From Eledone cirrhosa (taxonomy: Eukaryota): a DNA stretch of 64,000 bases. The notes below the pieces were generated by a model. It ran no database searches and was not told the DNA's origin. It worked only from the letters and a program-made list of their open reading frames with translations. Shown piece after piece: positions 27,263 through 42,529 of this stretch. The stretch lies in the NCBI GenBank assembly GCA_964016885.1, contig OZ024741.1:395870001-395934000 (forward strand). Reading direction: 5' to 3'. Numbering within the stretch: position 1 is the first letter of the stretch; every line of letters begins with the position of its first letter. The translations under genes and the position numbers were made by a program.

Positions 27263-29073
27263 TAACATTATTCTAGAATTTAATTTAATTTAAATGTTAG
27301 TTAACCTATAAATTTAATTTAATTAATATTTTATTACAGATGAGAAAATATTATGTAATCATAAATTTTGAAAAACCTTTAAATATTACTAATATATATT
27401 CAGTAATTTAATTTATAGATTAATTTTAACTTATTTTAACCTTTTATTATAATTTTTTAATTTAGTTTAACCTTTTATTATAATTTTCTTTATTATAATT
27501 CTTTTACAGATAAAATATAACAAAATAATATCATGTATCCTATGACGGAGAAAGAATTTTTAGTATTATAGACCTAATTAATATATATTTTGGAAATATA
27601 TTTATTATTTGGTTTTGGTTTTAATCAACCTAAAACTTTAATTTTAATTTGCTTAAAATTAGTATCCTTGTACAGACGAATTGCAGAATGTCATGTAATC
27701 ATAGAATGGGAGGTGTTTTGGATATATACCTAGTTAATATATTCTGTGCAATTTTTTGAAAAAGATATGTATATCTATATGTATATGTATATGTGTGTGT
27801 TGTATGTGTATCTGTATGTATATTTATGTGACTATATATGTATGTATGTGTATATATATGTATATATATATATATATATGTGTATGTATATGTATATATA
27901 TGTGTATGTGTATGTATATGTATATGTATGCGTATTAATTTTGATTTTTATTTGCATATAATTATATTATGCTATTGATGAAATACAATATCTGCTTTAT
28001 GTATTGTATACCTAATTAACATATACTAATTAACGTATACTATTGAAATAAATATATAATTTTTAATTTAGTTAACATATAATTTATATGCTACTACCGA
28101 TGTAATACTTTATTTTATTTTTATTTGGGTTTCTTTTCCCTATTACTAAATTCATCTCCTAATATTGATACCATAACGTTTTAACTTTAATTTAGTTATA
28201 ATGTAATTAATAATCTACTACTGTTTGACTTCATAATTCTGCTTCAAATATTATAAACCTAACTAATTTACACCTTGGAAATCAATATGTTGACTATCTT
28301 TGGTTTAGTTAACATATGATTAATGGTATACTTTTTTATTTTGTGATGCATAGATTTCGTATTTCCTAGCACTGAAAATATGTAAGAACATACATTGAAT
28401 TAAGATATGGAAAATATTATATGTTTCTTGAAACATATATTTACTTTGATCCCCTTCTCCAAACCCCCCCTTTCCCCCATACTATTATCATCTGTTTTTG
28501 TAAGCGTATATGTATGAATATATGTGTTATGGGTGTCTATATAGGTTTTGGTATTTATTTCTAAATATAAAAATACATATATGAGCATGTAAATATGAAT
28601 GTAAGATTGAGTGTGTATATATGATTGTACATACATATGTATGTATATATATGTATATATATGTATTATATATGTATGTGTATGTGAATGTGTGGTATGT
28701 ATATGTGTATGTATATGTATATATGTGTGTGTATATATATGCTTGTATATAGGAATATATATATGTGTATATATGTATATATATGTATATGCGTGTTTGT
28801 ATGTATGTGTATATGGGTTCTGTATATATTTGTATGTCTCTCTATTTATATGTTTATCTTCGTATCTATGTGATATATGTGTGTGTGTGTGCACGTATGC
28901 ATATGTATGTGTTTGTGTGTGTTTGTATGTGTGTGTGTATATATATATGTATTTGCGCACACTCACATACACATATATATATATATATATATGTGAGTGT
29001 ATATGTGTGTCTGTGTGTGTGTGTGTGTGTGTATGTGTATATATATAAATGTGTATATATGTGTATGTGTGTG

Positions 29074-29112
<39 letters not shown>

Positions 29113-29233
29113 ATATAGGTGTCTATATGTGAATATATGTCTTTATTCGTATGTGTGTATTTATATATGTATATATTTAGGTGTATGTATGTATGTGTAT
29201 GTATGTATGTGTATGTATATGTATGTATGTATA

Positions 29234-29284
<51 letters not shown>

Positions 29285-29497
29285 CTTTATTATTATTGTA
29301 ATATAACTTATGTGTATATGTGTATAAGTGAGGTTGTGTATGTATATATACTGTGTCTATATATAAGAGTAATGAAATATATATATATATATATATATAT
29401 GTGTGCATGTCTGTATTTTATGTGTGTGTGTATATATATATGTGTATGTGTGTATATATGTATGTATATATGCATATATGTGTACGTGTGTGTATGT

Positions 29498-29538
<41 letters not shown>

Positions 29539-29646
29539 TGGGTGTTTGTATGTGTTTTTATGGTGGTATGAGTGTGGGGATATATATGTTTGTATATGTG
29601 TATGTATATGTATGTATATATATATGAGTCTATGTGTGTGTATATA

Positions 29647-29689
<43 letters not shown>

Positions 29690-30460
29690 ATGTGTGTATG
29701 TGTTGCGCGTGTGTGTGTGTGTATTTATATCCTTTTATATGTGTATGTGTATGTTCGTGTAAATGTATGTGTGTGTATGACAGTATAGGTATATGTGTAT
29801 GTATGTATGTGTAGATATCTCTATGTGCGCGTACATGTATGTATGTGTATGTATATCTGTATGCGTATGTACATTATATTATATGTATTATATTTTATTG
29901 TTTTTATTTTTTTATTTTTCTTAATTTATAGATACATTTATATTAGGCTGTCTGGTCTGACAATCTAATACTGACCCCTCCCCCCCCCCTCCCACCTAAT
30001 TTCTGTATCTTGATCTTGAAATGTGTGTACCAGTGTTTTTATGTGAGTGACTTAATTTCTATTTGCTTATGATTTTATATCCACATATATAAATGTGAGT
30101 GGGGGAGTGTGTGTGTTTGTATGTTCGTGGTTATGTGTATATTTATACATATACGCACATGTATGTGTGATTATACTGATATGTGTGAGTATGGAAAAAA
30201 ATATATTTATATGCTTGACTCCATAAGTATCATTGCGTATCTTATCAGCGCATTAAGCTTACAGAGATATTAACCTTGAAATTTTGTATTTGCATCCATC
30301 TCTTTAGTATGCACATACAAATTATACACACATTATTGTAAAATATGTGTAAGGTTTTTACATGTATATACACACACCAAACTGCTTTTTAACCCTTTGT
30401 GTTTTCATTGGTCAATTTTGAACTGATATTTTGAATTGTTGTTATTATCAATAAATATAC

Positions 30461-30615
30461 TTCATTATTTCTGAAGACGGCGTATATATGAGTTAGGTAT
30501 GTATATTTAATCTTGATAATTTGTATAATTTTGTATAATTTTGTACATAGATCTGTTAAATATGCATACCAATTATAACACATATATACCCTAGAAACGA
30601 TCGTTAAATAGTGAA
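30461..30615 (+). ncRNA. Type I hammerhead ribozyme with ~116-nt stem II
   Basis: ttcattattt-CTGAAGA-[gtatatatg/catatatac and gtatgtatatttaa/ttaaatatgcatac helices]-GAAAC-gatc-GTT-aaatagtgaa. 10-bp stem I and palindromic aacgatcgtt. Confidence 0.82.
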
Positions 30616-30798
30616 CTTTTTTTGTTTAATATAAGGAATTGTTTGTTCATTATTTGTTTAATATTTTATCTTGACTCTGTATACCGTTTATCTTTCACCG
30701 AAATTGGATTTTCATTACATCTCTTCTTTCCATGATATCCGGAATACATTGAGTTCTTCATACGGATTGGACACTACCGTAAACTCTTGGTAGATTTA

Positions 30799-30857
<59 letters not shown>

Positions 30858-30865
30858 ATATATAT

Positions 30866-30956
<91 letters not shown>

Positions 30957-30960
<4 letters not shown>

Positions 30961-31145
30961 GCTTCTACGGGACTAGAACTGTTTCATTCGGGAGAAATCA
31001 TCAGAAAGCCGGCTTCCTGATGATTTCTCCAGAATGAAACAGTTCTAGTCCCGTAGATGCCATTTCTATATTGAATATTTATACTCTGCTATGTATTGAG
31101 TACCTTTCTTACTGTGGTTTCCCCCCGATTGAACCCGGGATAAAC
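30957..31145. mobile_element. Short palindromic element with back-to-back hammerheads and a unique tail (family also at 42690-42882 and 48615-48780)
   Basis: 30957-31010 is the reverse complement of 31011-31064. The tail tattgagtacct..cttactgtggtt.cccc.gattgaaccc is shared with the other copies. Confidence 0.8.
30960..31061. ncRNA. Pair of divergent type I hammerheads (- 30960-31010, + 31011-31061)
   Basis: ggctt(c/t)-CTGATGA-tttctcc(a/c)gaat-GAAAC-agttctagtccc-GTA-ga(a/t)gcc on both strands. Confidence 0.8.
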
Positions 31146-31186
31146 AAACTTATATATTTTAATAATATATACATATATATATATAC

Positions 31187-31242
<56 letters not shown>

Positions 31243-31382
31243 ATACGACTGGCTATCCGCAAAATACGTATAGTTAGCACCCCAAACGTATAATTGGGAT
31301 TATACTAAGGTATATCCTAATGTTTGTTGAGTGAGACGGAAGCCGGTCGGAGTATTGCTTAAAGCTTTCTCTGTTAATGTAT

Positions 31383-31419
<37 letters not shown>

Positions 31420-32104
31420 AAAATTAAGATAAATTAAATGAATTTAATCTAAATCAAAATTATGGGTGTCATGCCGGAAAGGCATGCACCATATCACCCG
31501 GAAAATAAGCTCTAAGATTCTAATAAATAGGTCCGAGCATTTTATAATAACTAGAAATTGATTAACATATATATAAACATGAAAAATCACAGGAGATAAT
31601 TTTTACAAGTGTGTAACCACACATAGCTAGGTGGGTAACTAAATAAAATAGATACCTTATAATATGATTAACCTTCCCTGTATATATTCCATTGAAGAAA
31701 TATATTTCACCAATTAATCAGATGGTAAACCACGGAAGTGGAGATTGTGGATTTTCAACAAGGAAGAAAATTTTCAGCTATCCGTGTTTACAGTTCAAGT
31801 CCAAATCTGCAACTGGCTACTACCACGTGTTGCATCTATTATAAATAAATACACACGCCAAAGCAGCTTCGTGAGCCTTCGTGAGCCTTCGTGAGCCACC
31901 TTTTTTAAAGTAAAGAAATTCAAACACACACACACACACGCACACACACACACAAGCACACAAATAAACACACATATCTTTACTTTCTTTATTCAATAGA
32001 AAATCTGAATTCTGACACCCCAGCGAACTAACCATATTCACTGAACCAGAACAATTCTCCCATCCCTTTCTCTTGACCATTATCTTTTACTTATCATTTA
32101 CTTA

Positions 32105-32300
32105 TGGCCAGTGGATTGGCAGTATCGGTAGAGGGTCGGACGCCATGCTTTGACGCATAGAGTTACGGCCCTTGCCATTCTGAGTTCAAATCCCGCCGAG
32201 GTTAACTTTGCCTTTCATCCTTATGGGGTCGATAAAATAAAGTACCAGTAATACACTGGGTAATTGCTGGCCTTGTGCCAAAAGTAGAAACAATTATCTT
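32105..32300 (+). mobile_element. tRNA-derived SINE, near full length
   Basis: A-box tggcagtatcgg, B-box gagttcaaatccc and the shared body. Flanked by a repeat of ttatcttttacttatca (likely target-site duplication or tail). Confidence 0.85.
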
Positions 32301-32788
32301 TTACTTATCAAAAAATTCTCTAAAAAAGGCTTTCCAAATGGATTTCCAAATAAGGGCACAAAAATTTAATGAAAATTTGTTCACGTGACAGCCATAATTT
32401 CATTTATAACCAACCAAAAAAAAGCCTTCGTGAGCCTCCTTTTTTCAAGTAAAAAGAAATTCAAACACTCATATATGAAAAAACAACCTGTGACAACCCC
32501 CCCTCTTATTTGAAGAACTATTGTAACGCGAACTGGCGCGAAATTTATTATAATTATTGACAAACCAATCAAATTACTTCTCGAAAAACCTGGCATTTCG
32601 AGCCACTTTTTCCATATAAAACAAGTAACATTCAGAAACCAACCAGATGTGAGAAAAACCACAGACCCTCCATCTCAACTCACCTTTTGAAAAGCAGAAG
32701 AACTGCGAAACCGGTAAAGGAACCAAATAAATATATATTTTTTAAAAAAATAAGACTCCAGTTGCATTTTCGATTTCATCTCTTTTTC

Positions 32789-32852
<64 letters not shown>

Positions 32853-33537
32853 TACCTTATTTGGAGGTAGCTGAAGAACAAACCGATCAAATTGCTTTTT
32901 GCCATATGATGTTAAGATGAAATATAACTCACTTTAGTTGAGGTCATGGCCCTTTGAAAGGAATGGTTGAATGGTGTTAAAAATAGAATTACTATAAAGA
33001 ACCTATGAAGAAAAGGGATTGTTATATTGATAGTGGAATGTAGATGGTGGAGTAAAGTTTAAAAAGGAATGTAAAAATTAAATGTTGAGTTGTGTTGTAT
33101 GGAATTTTTAGGTGAACATAAATAAGTAAATATAAAATATACAGAAATAACTAGGATAAATATAGATAGGTGAAGTAATGGTCATAACTAGGAAGGATAG
33201 TAGATTAAAAGATGAAAAGATAATAAAATATAATATAATAATATAATATAATGTAATATAATATAGTACAGTATGGTACATTGTATATAGTATAATATAG
33301 ATTATGATGCATCATAAAATATAAAATAGTAAATATTTTCAAGTGTGTCAATGTATAAGTAATCAAACTCAGATAAATGCATGTTGACATATAGTCAGAG
33401 CGCATAATTTTCTTAGATCACAAATGTACATATATTCACATATATAGATAGAGGTATAATTACATTGATACTCCGTTAAAAACATACACACGCATACATA
33501 GATATAAACATATACACACACATACACGCACAGAAAC

Positions 33538-33627
<90 letters not shown>

Positions 33628-33637
33628 GTGTGTGTGT

Positions 33638-33687
<50 letters not shown>

Positions 33688-34029
33688 CATCCAGCTGTAG
33701 AATCCAAACCAAAATCAGTTCTGTGTGAGTGAGACACGGTCCTCCGACCTAGATCTCTCACAACAGGACAGCCCGTCCAAGCCATACTAGCATGGAAAAT
33801 AGACCTTAAACGATGATGATGATGATGACATATATATATATATATATTACTATAAAGTGGGGTGTGCTCATCTGTGGTGATGTTATAAAATAAGGTGAGA
33901 ACATTTAAAGACACTTCACCCCATTTTATAGAATCTCCACCCACGAGCACTCCACTTCTTATATTAACTTTATTCCTTCAGCGTTTAGTACAAGTCTGAG
34001 AAATCGGCTATGTATCACAACATATATAT

Positions 34030-34222
34030 ATATAACGAAGGAAATGTGGTAAGGAATCAGGTGGACCATAACGCACCAAAGTACTCAATACTTAGGGTAG
34101 TAGAGTGGGTAATAGGAACGAGTAGGACCCCGACGGCTGAGCTCAAGCCGTTTCGACGGCTAATTCTGGACTGAATTAGCCATCGAAACGGCTTGAGCTC
34201 AGCCGTCGGGGTCCTACTCGTT

Positions 34223-34228
<6 letters not shown>
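34030..34228. mobile_element. Short (TA)n-flanked palindromic element with half hammerheads
   Basis: About 55-bp inverted repeat around tggact. Each arm reads GAAAC-ggcttgagctcagcc-GTC-ggggtc. Confidence 0.75.
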
Positions 34229-34309
<81 letters not shown>

Positions 34310-34312
34310 TGC

Positions 34313-34353
<41 letters not shown>

Positions 34354-34373
34354 TATATGTATGCATGTGTATA

Positions 34374-34409
<36 letters not shown>

Positions 34410-34527
34410 GATAGATATATAGATATATATATTATATGTATGCATGTGTAATATATATAATATATATATATATATACATATATGTAATATATATAATATA
34501 TATATATATATATATACATACATACAT

Positions 34528-35430
<903 letters not shown>

Positions 35431-35442
35431 AGAAAAATGTAA

Positions 35443-37422
35443 TCCAGGAAAAATCCACCTAGCAACAAATTATTAATGGAATTTGAAAATGAAATTATTT
35501 CAATCATACAAAACATTAAATTTAAGAAAAACCAATTTGTAGGCCAGGAATACCTTAAAGGCCTTAAGAATAATATAGAAAATCTTGAAAGAACTGAGAA
35601 AATTCTTGTTAAATCTGACAAAACCAACAATCTATATAGAATGCAAAAGGACGACTATAATAATCTCATATTGAAGGAACTAAGGAAAAATTACAAGAGA
35701 GCAACCAATGATGACCTTGAAATGCTAAATAGTGAAGCTTCTAATATAATTCATAAATTAGGCATCGAAAATAGGACTGAACCCTTTATACCTAAAAAAG
35801 AAAAAATTAATCTGAAAGACCACAAAAGAAACTGTGAAATAGAATTACCAGTTAGACTTATAGCACCATCTAAATCAGACTTAGACATAGTTAGTAAACA
35901 TATATTAGATAGAATCATACCGGAACTTAAAGAAATATCATACAAAAAATGTATTCAATTGGATATTGCAAATTACTACTCATCTATCACTCCTAATTTA
36001 CTTAATAAAGTCCTTATATATGCATCTAAATACACTGATTTATCTAACAATGAAATGCATATCATTTTAACTGCACGTAAAACCTTAATTAAATTTAACA
36101 ACCATCTTTGGACTAGAGCAGATAGGGATAACAATTTCGATATCACTATGGGCTCATCGGACTCGGCGCAATTAACGGATCTTGTGGGGCTTTTTATTAA
36201 TAATACATTACATAGAAAACTACCAGAGATGACCGGTGGTTTATATCGTGATGATATTCTGTTGTTAATTGAAAATAATAATAATTGTGAAATCAATAGA
36301 AAAAGAAAATCAATAATACAATTTTTTAATAGCTTTAATCTTAAGTTATAAATAGAGAATAATTATAAAATAGTTAACTTTTTAGATGTAACATTAAACC
36401 TTAATACTGGGTTATACTATCCATTTCATAAAATCAATGAGAATTTAAATTATGTTAACTTTAACTCTAATCATCCTAGATCTGTTAAGAACACCATCGT
36501 AAATTCCGTACACAACGTATTTCTAGAATATCAGCGAATAAAAATATATTTGAAGATAAGGCACAATATTATAACGAAGCTTTAAGTAGAGCAGGCTATA
36601 ATAATGAAATTAAATATCGACAATAATGATACGTCAATTAACCATAATTATAATTATAATTATAATAAGAAATCTGGCACAAACTCTAAAACTAAAAGAA
36701 GAAATAGAACTAGAAACATAATTTGGTACGCTCCTCCATTATCACTAAGTATTAAAACACCTTTAGCTAAACTATTTTTTAAAGCTCTTGATAATTGTTT
36801 CCCTAAGACACATAGATATTATTCAATCTTTAACAGACATACAATTAAACTATCATACTCTACTACTATGAACTTAGCACAGAATATAAATAGAATCAAT
36901 AATAGAAATCTAAACCTTAACCAGAATAGCACTAATACCTCTAGCAATATCCAATATAATAATACCGTTCCCAATAATATAAATTCTGATAAATGTAATT
37001 GTAGAATTAAATCTAACTGTCCTTTAAAAAATAACTGTTTCGTTAAAAATGTGGTCTATAAATGCAATGTCAAAACCAATGATAATTCTTTTAACTATGT
37101 TGGCTCTACTTCTACAGACTTCAAATCTCGTTTCAATAACCATAAATGTTCGTTTAAGAATATTGGTAAAAAATCTTCAACTTCTCTATCCAACTTATTA
37201 TGGAACTTAAAATCCAACAATATAAACTATTCTTTATCTTGGAATATTATTTCGAAAACACCTGTCTACACAAACACGGCTTCATCCAAATTTTGCAACT
37301 TATGTGTTGAAGAAATTTTCTTTATACTTAAATGTAAGAACTCCATTAATTTGCGTAATAATTTATTTAGTTCTTGTAAACATCGTTTAAATTCAACTTT
37401 TATATATATATATAAAATGTAA
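35443..37422 (+). pseudogene. PLE RT-GIY-YIG pseudogene
   Basis: SDKT, LKDHK, MGSSDSAQ and GGLYRDD; in-frame TAA at 36349-36351 followed by IVNFLDV; frameshift near 36510; CNCRIKSNCPLKNNCF and YVGST in 36604-37422. Confidence 0.9.
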
Positions 37423-38730
37423 TTACACGTTTAATCTATCTTACATATGGTTTACTCTATCCAAACACCGATAATCTCATTTCTTAAATTATATCCATAG
37501 TTTCAGAAATTTAATGTAATTCTAATTTTAATATCTTTTACTTCGTAAATATATATAATACACTTCTTAAATTTCTAATTTAATTCTTAAAACCTTTAAA
37601 TATTTCTACTTCATAAATATCTTTATTTTTACCTTTATCTATCTTACTTCCAATCTATCTCAATCTTTTTGAATGATTACTTGAAACTTTTGAAACATTT
37701 TTTGAAAATTTTAAAACTTTTTAAAGATTTTTTTTGATTTTTTTTTTAATTATAAAAAAAATTATTCTTTTTGGGTCAACTAATATTTTAATATTTTTTC
37801 AATATTTTAAACACTTTTAAATATTTTAAATATTTAACTATTTTCAAATATTTCTTAATACTTCTTTATATTTTTGAATAATTTTAGGTTTTAATTATAA
37901 TTTATGAATAGTCTTTAAACATTTTAAAAGATTTTTTTAAAGATTTTTGTGTATCTTTGGAGTCTTTTTGAGATCTTTAAAAAATCTCTTAAAACTTCTT
38001 TATGGTTTTTTATAGTGTGAATTTTTATAGTCAGAATTTTAAATGGTTTTAGTATATACTTTTAATTAATTATTTAATCTTTTGTAAACTCCCGTAATTT
38101 TTCGTAACCTTTGTAATTTTTCTAAGTATTTAAGATTTGACTTACAACCGGTAACAAATTCTGGCTAAATATAATTTTGTCAAAATTATCTCATAATAAC
38201 TAATAAATAGCAAAAACTGGATTTTCAATATTTTTCTAATATAAAACATTATATTTTTAAATAATTTATTGTAATATATCTTTATTTTTTAATTTAACAT
38301 TATTTTTTAATTCATCATTATTTTTATTTTTTAAATTTATCATTATTTTTAATATAAACATAGCATAAAAGCATGATATATTTACGATTTACGTACTCAT
38401 CCTCGGAAAAGCTTATTCTTTCGCTCGTTCCTTCACTTTTTTCACTATTACTCTGCATATAATTTTTTTCTCTCTTTCTTTCTCCCCCTTTTTTTCTTTC
38501 TTTTTTCTCTCTTTTTCTTTCTCCTTTTCTCTTTCTTTTTTCACTCTCTTCTTCCAACAGTATAATTTAAATAAACGGTTGTTCTTTCAATTTTTTCGGA
38601 CATTCATTTGCATACTCACACATAACTTTGAATTACCCTCAATAAAAATTTGTTTCCACTATCCAGCGAACCTTCAACCGTCAAGGCTGTTTTTTCTACG
38701 TGTATATCAACATTTATAAAACATATTTTG

Positions 38731-38795
38731 TATTTTATCTGATGAAAGCGCACCAAAATTGCTTTGGTTGCCCTTGAAATATATATAATAAAATA
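38731..38795 (+). ncRNA. Type I hammerhead ribozyme
   Basis: tattttat-CTGATGA-aagcgcaccaaa attgc tttggttgccctt-GAAA-tatata-TA-ataaaata. Perfect 8-bp stem I. Confidence 0.9.
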
Positions 38796-39029
38796 ATTAT
38801 GGTTTTATAAATATAGTTTCCATTTATTAATATATTGAATATTTACTCCAGTAAACTGTTGAGTGCTTTATATCAGTTATAAAACTGTTAAGCTTGTTGA
38901 ATCCCAACAAATTAAATATAACTTCTGCATATATATATATATATGTATTTATTTATATATATGTATATATGTATTTATATATATATATATATGTATGTAT
39001 ATATACATATATATATGTTTATATATATG

Positions 39030-40004
<975 letters not shown>

Positions 40005-40021
40005 TATATATATATATATAC

Positions 40022-40067
<46 letters not shown>

Positions 40068-40072
<5 letters not shown>

Positions 40073-40540
40073 AAAAGGTGTGGGTGTTAGAAAACGTTCT
40101 CTATAGTTCATGTTATAAAAAGAAAATAATGATAAAAAAAGGGTTTGAAAAGCACACCTGGTATGTATATAAAAGATCTTTATAGCATGTACAAGAATTT
40201 AAGTCTAGCAAAGCTCGCTTTCTCCGTGTTGGATTATCAAAACATTTGTTATTAGATTAAATTGTTTTTTCTCATTAAAACTCCTGCATGCTGTTTCTCG
40301 GCCACATAGGCTTAGGTCACAAGGACAGAAGCGACCCAGACCAATGTTGTGATCGAGAAACGGCATGCAGGAGTTTTAATGAGAAAAAAACAATTTAACC
40401 TAATAACAAATGTTTTGATAATCCAGCACGGAGAAAGCGAGCTTTGCTAAACATCAATTTCTGATATGCTATAAAGATCTTTTATATACATACCAGGTGT
40501 GCTTTTCAAACCCTTTTTTATCATTATTTTCCTTATATAA
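40068..40540. mobile_element. Palindromic (TA)n-associated element with ~175-bp arms and a half-hammerhead centre
   Basis: 40113-40300 is the reverse complement of 40352-40540. Both arms read GAAAC-(a/g)gcatgc outward from an imperfect central hairpin. Confidence 0.7.
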
Positions 40541-41682
40541 GGACGGTGGATTCGCAGTATCGGTAGAGGGTCGGACGCCATGCTTTCCAGCATAGTTACG
40601 TCCCTTTACGATCTGAGTTCAAATCCCGCCGAGGTTGACTTTGCCTTTCATCCTTACGGGGTCGATAAAATAAAGTACCAGTAATTCACTGGGTAATTGC
40701 TGGCCTTGTGCCTAAAAGTAGAAACAATTATTTTCCTTACATATAAATATGTGTGTGTGGTAAATCTATCAGAGATATTTGAACATTTGTTCCCCCATTT
40801 GCTAAATAAATCATTCCAACCAAAGATGCTGATCCTTTGCACTCATAGATAAATGATTTCCTTCATACAGTACCCAACATATTTTACTTGTTTTGTTTTG
40901 GGACTTGTGTTTCCAAATTATCGAGAGGAATAGTTTTCTAAGTGTCATCTACTTATTGTCAAGGATAACAGACCACTGATAAATAGTCTGCTGTGGGCAG
41001 TCCAAACCAGTTTCACCCAGTTCATGACAGAGATCACCACAATATAGTCAATAAACTCACCTGCTCGGTCTTGAACCTTTTAGACCAGTGAACTAAGATA
41101 GTCATCTCCCATTCTATATTAACAGATGCTAATTACATACAACTTTTAAGACTACTACTACAAGCAGCCACACCAAACCATCACACAATTTTCATGTGCT
41201 ATTTTATTGTTTTTCCTATGTTTTATAACAAAGAAGAAACTAAAAGCTAAGAATCCATTGACAATTCAGTGACAAAGCACTGCTCTAAGTATTTGTTGGT
41301 AAAGACTCTGCAATGTCAATAACAACTTTAGTGATGTCTATAGATAATGAACACAACCACAAGGATATGGTCCGAATGTGGAAGAGCAGAACTCCCACTG
41401 TGATCGACTCTATCTCCCTGGCCCTCCCCTTCTCTCTATTTTATCATAATAACTTCAAAGCAAATTATTCCAAATAAGATTATTAAAGTAATGGCTTTTG
41501 TTATTGTTATTGTTCATTCACTCTTTGCTATGGTAATTATACATCTCAACTCACTGAGACACACACATATCTGACACGCAATAATAAACAAACTGAACAC
41601 ACTACTAAATCAATAACACAACTACACAGTTGATCAACTAACAATAAATTTAATATAAATATATATATATATTTGCTTGTGC

Positions 41683-42064
41683 ATCATCATCATCATCATC
41701 ATCAACGTTTAACGTCCGTGTTCCACGCTTGCATGGGTTTGGACGGGGGTTTTCCCACTTGAGGCAAGAGTGATTGTCTTGCTCGCATAGGACTGTCTGG
41801 CGGGTTTTCTACAGCTGGATGCCCTTCCTAACACCAACCACATTTACAGTGTGGGGCTGGGAGGTTTTTCCCGTGTTGCCTACACGGCCACATTACAGCG
41901 TGGACTGTCTGGCGGGTTTTCTACAGCTGGATGCCCTTCCTAACACCAACCACATTTACAGTGTGGGGCTGGGAGGTTTTACCGTGTTGCCTACACGGCC
42001 ACATTACAGCGTGGACTGTGTGTTTTTTTGTCGTGACACCTACACGATCTCATTTGTTTCGGCC

Positions 42065-42065
<1 letters not shown>
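41683..42065 (-). mobile_element. Repeat with RTE-type 3' tail ending (GAT)n (SINE or LINE 3' UTR); pieces also at 33685-33830, 48280-48500, 51270-51627, 54200-54530, 61113-61265
   Basis: Core ggttggtgttaggaagggcatccagctgtagaaa and tail cccatgcaagcgtggaacacggacgttaaacg(atg)n. Internal ~112-bp duplication. Confidence 0.8.
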
Positions 42066-42142
<77 letters not shown>

Positions 42143-42146
<4 letters not shown>

Positions 42147-42529
42147 ATTAATAGATGGAAACTATATTTATAAAACCATATTTATTTCATTATATATATT
42201 TCAAGGATACCAAGTTAAATCATGGTATGCCTTCATCAGACAAAATACAATATATAACAGTTTTACAAATAGATATTGACGTATCCTTTCAAAAAGGTGA
42301 CCGTTGTTTTTGGAGGCCATCCGGATAGTGGTTTGTTTACTTTAGTAAGTCATAGTGTTAAGAGTAAGTAAAAAGATGGAGAGAGAGAAACGTGGAGAAA
42401 CGTGGAGAAAAGAAAGGGAAAGATAGATAAAGAAAAAAGAAGAAAGCAAAAAGAAAATATTTGTCGAGTGCTTTATATCAGTTATAATAATATTTGCTTG
42501 TTGTATCCCAACAATTTAAATAGAACTTT

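Larger units (their letters stand above)
24993..30805 (+). mobile_element. Penelope-like element (Naiad type), slightly 5'-truncated, ~3.5 kb 3' UTR, hammerhead and ~135-bp unique tail before (TA)n
   Basis: Uninterrupted ORF, microsatellite-rich UTR and hammerhead at 30461. The tail 30670-30805 is absent from the inverted arm. Confidence 0.93.
35440..38930 (+). mobile_element. Penelope-like element (Naiad type), 5'-truncated and degenerate, ~1.5 kb 3' UTR with hammerhead
   Basis: RT and GIY-YIG ORF pieces, hammerhead at 38731, ends tgca(TA)n. Confidence 0.92.

Noticed and set aside
20691-29814. Many YI/CV/HT-rich ORFs
   Set aside because: Translations of (TA)n, (TG)n and (CA)n microsatellites.
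31420-31810. Possible decayed GIY-YIG coding remnant on the minus strand
   Set aside because: Only a weak TRIAE-like match with multiple stops; insufficient support.
35476-37422. Selenocysteine readthrough, as reported for some Naiad elements
   Set aside because: The interruption is TAA plus a frameshift, not an in-frame TGA, and the intact families have no internal stops.
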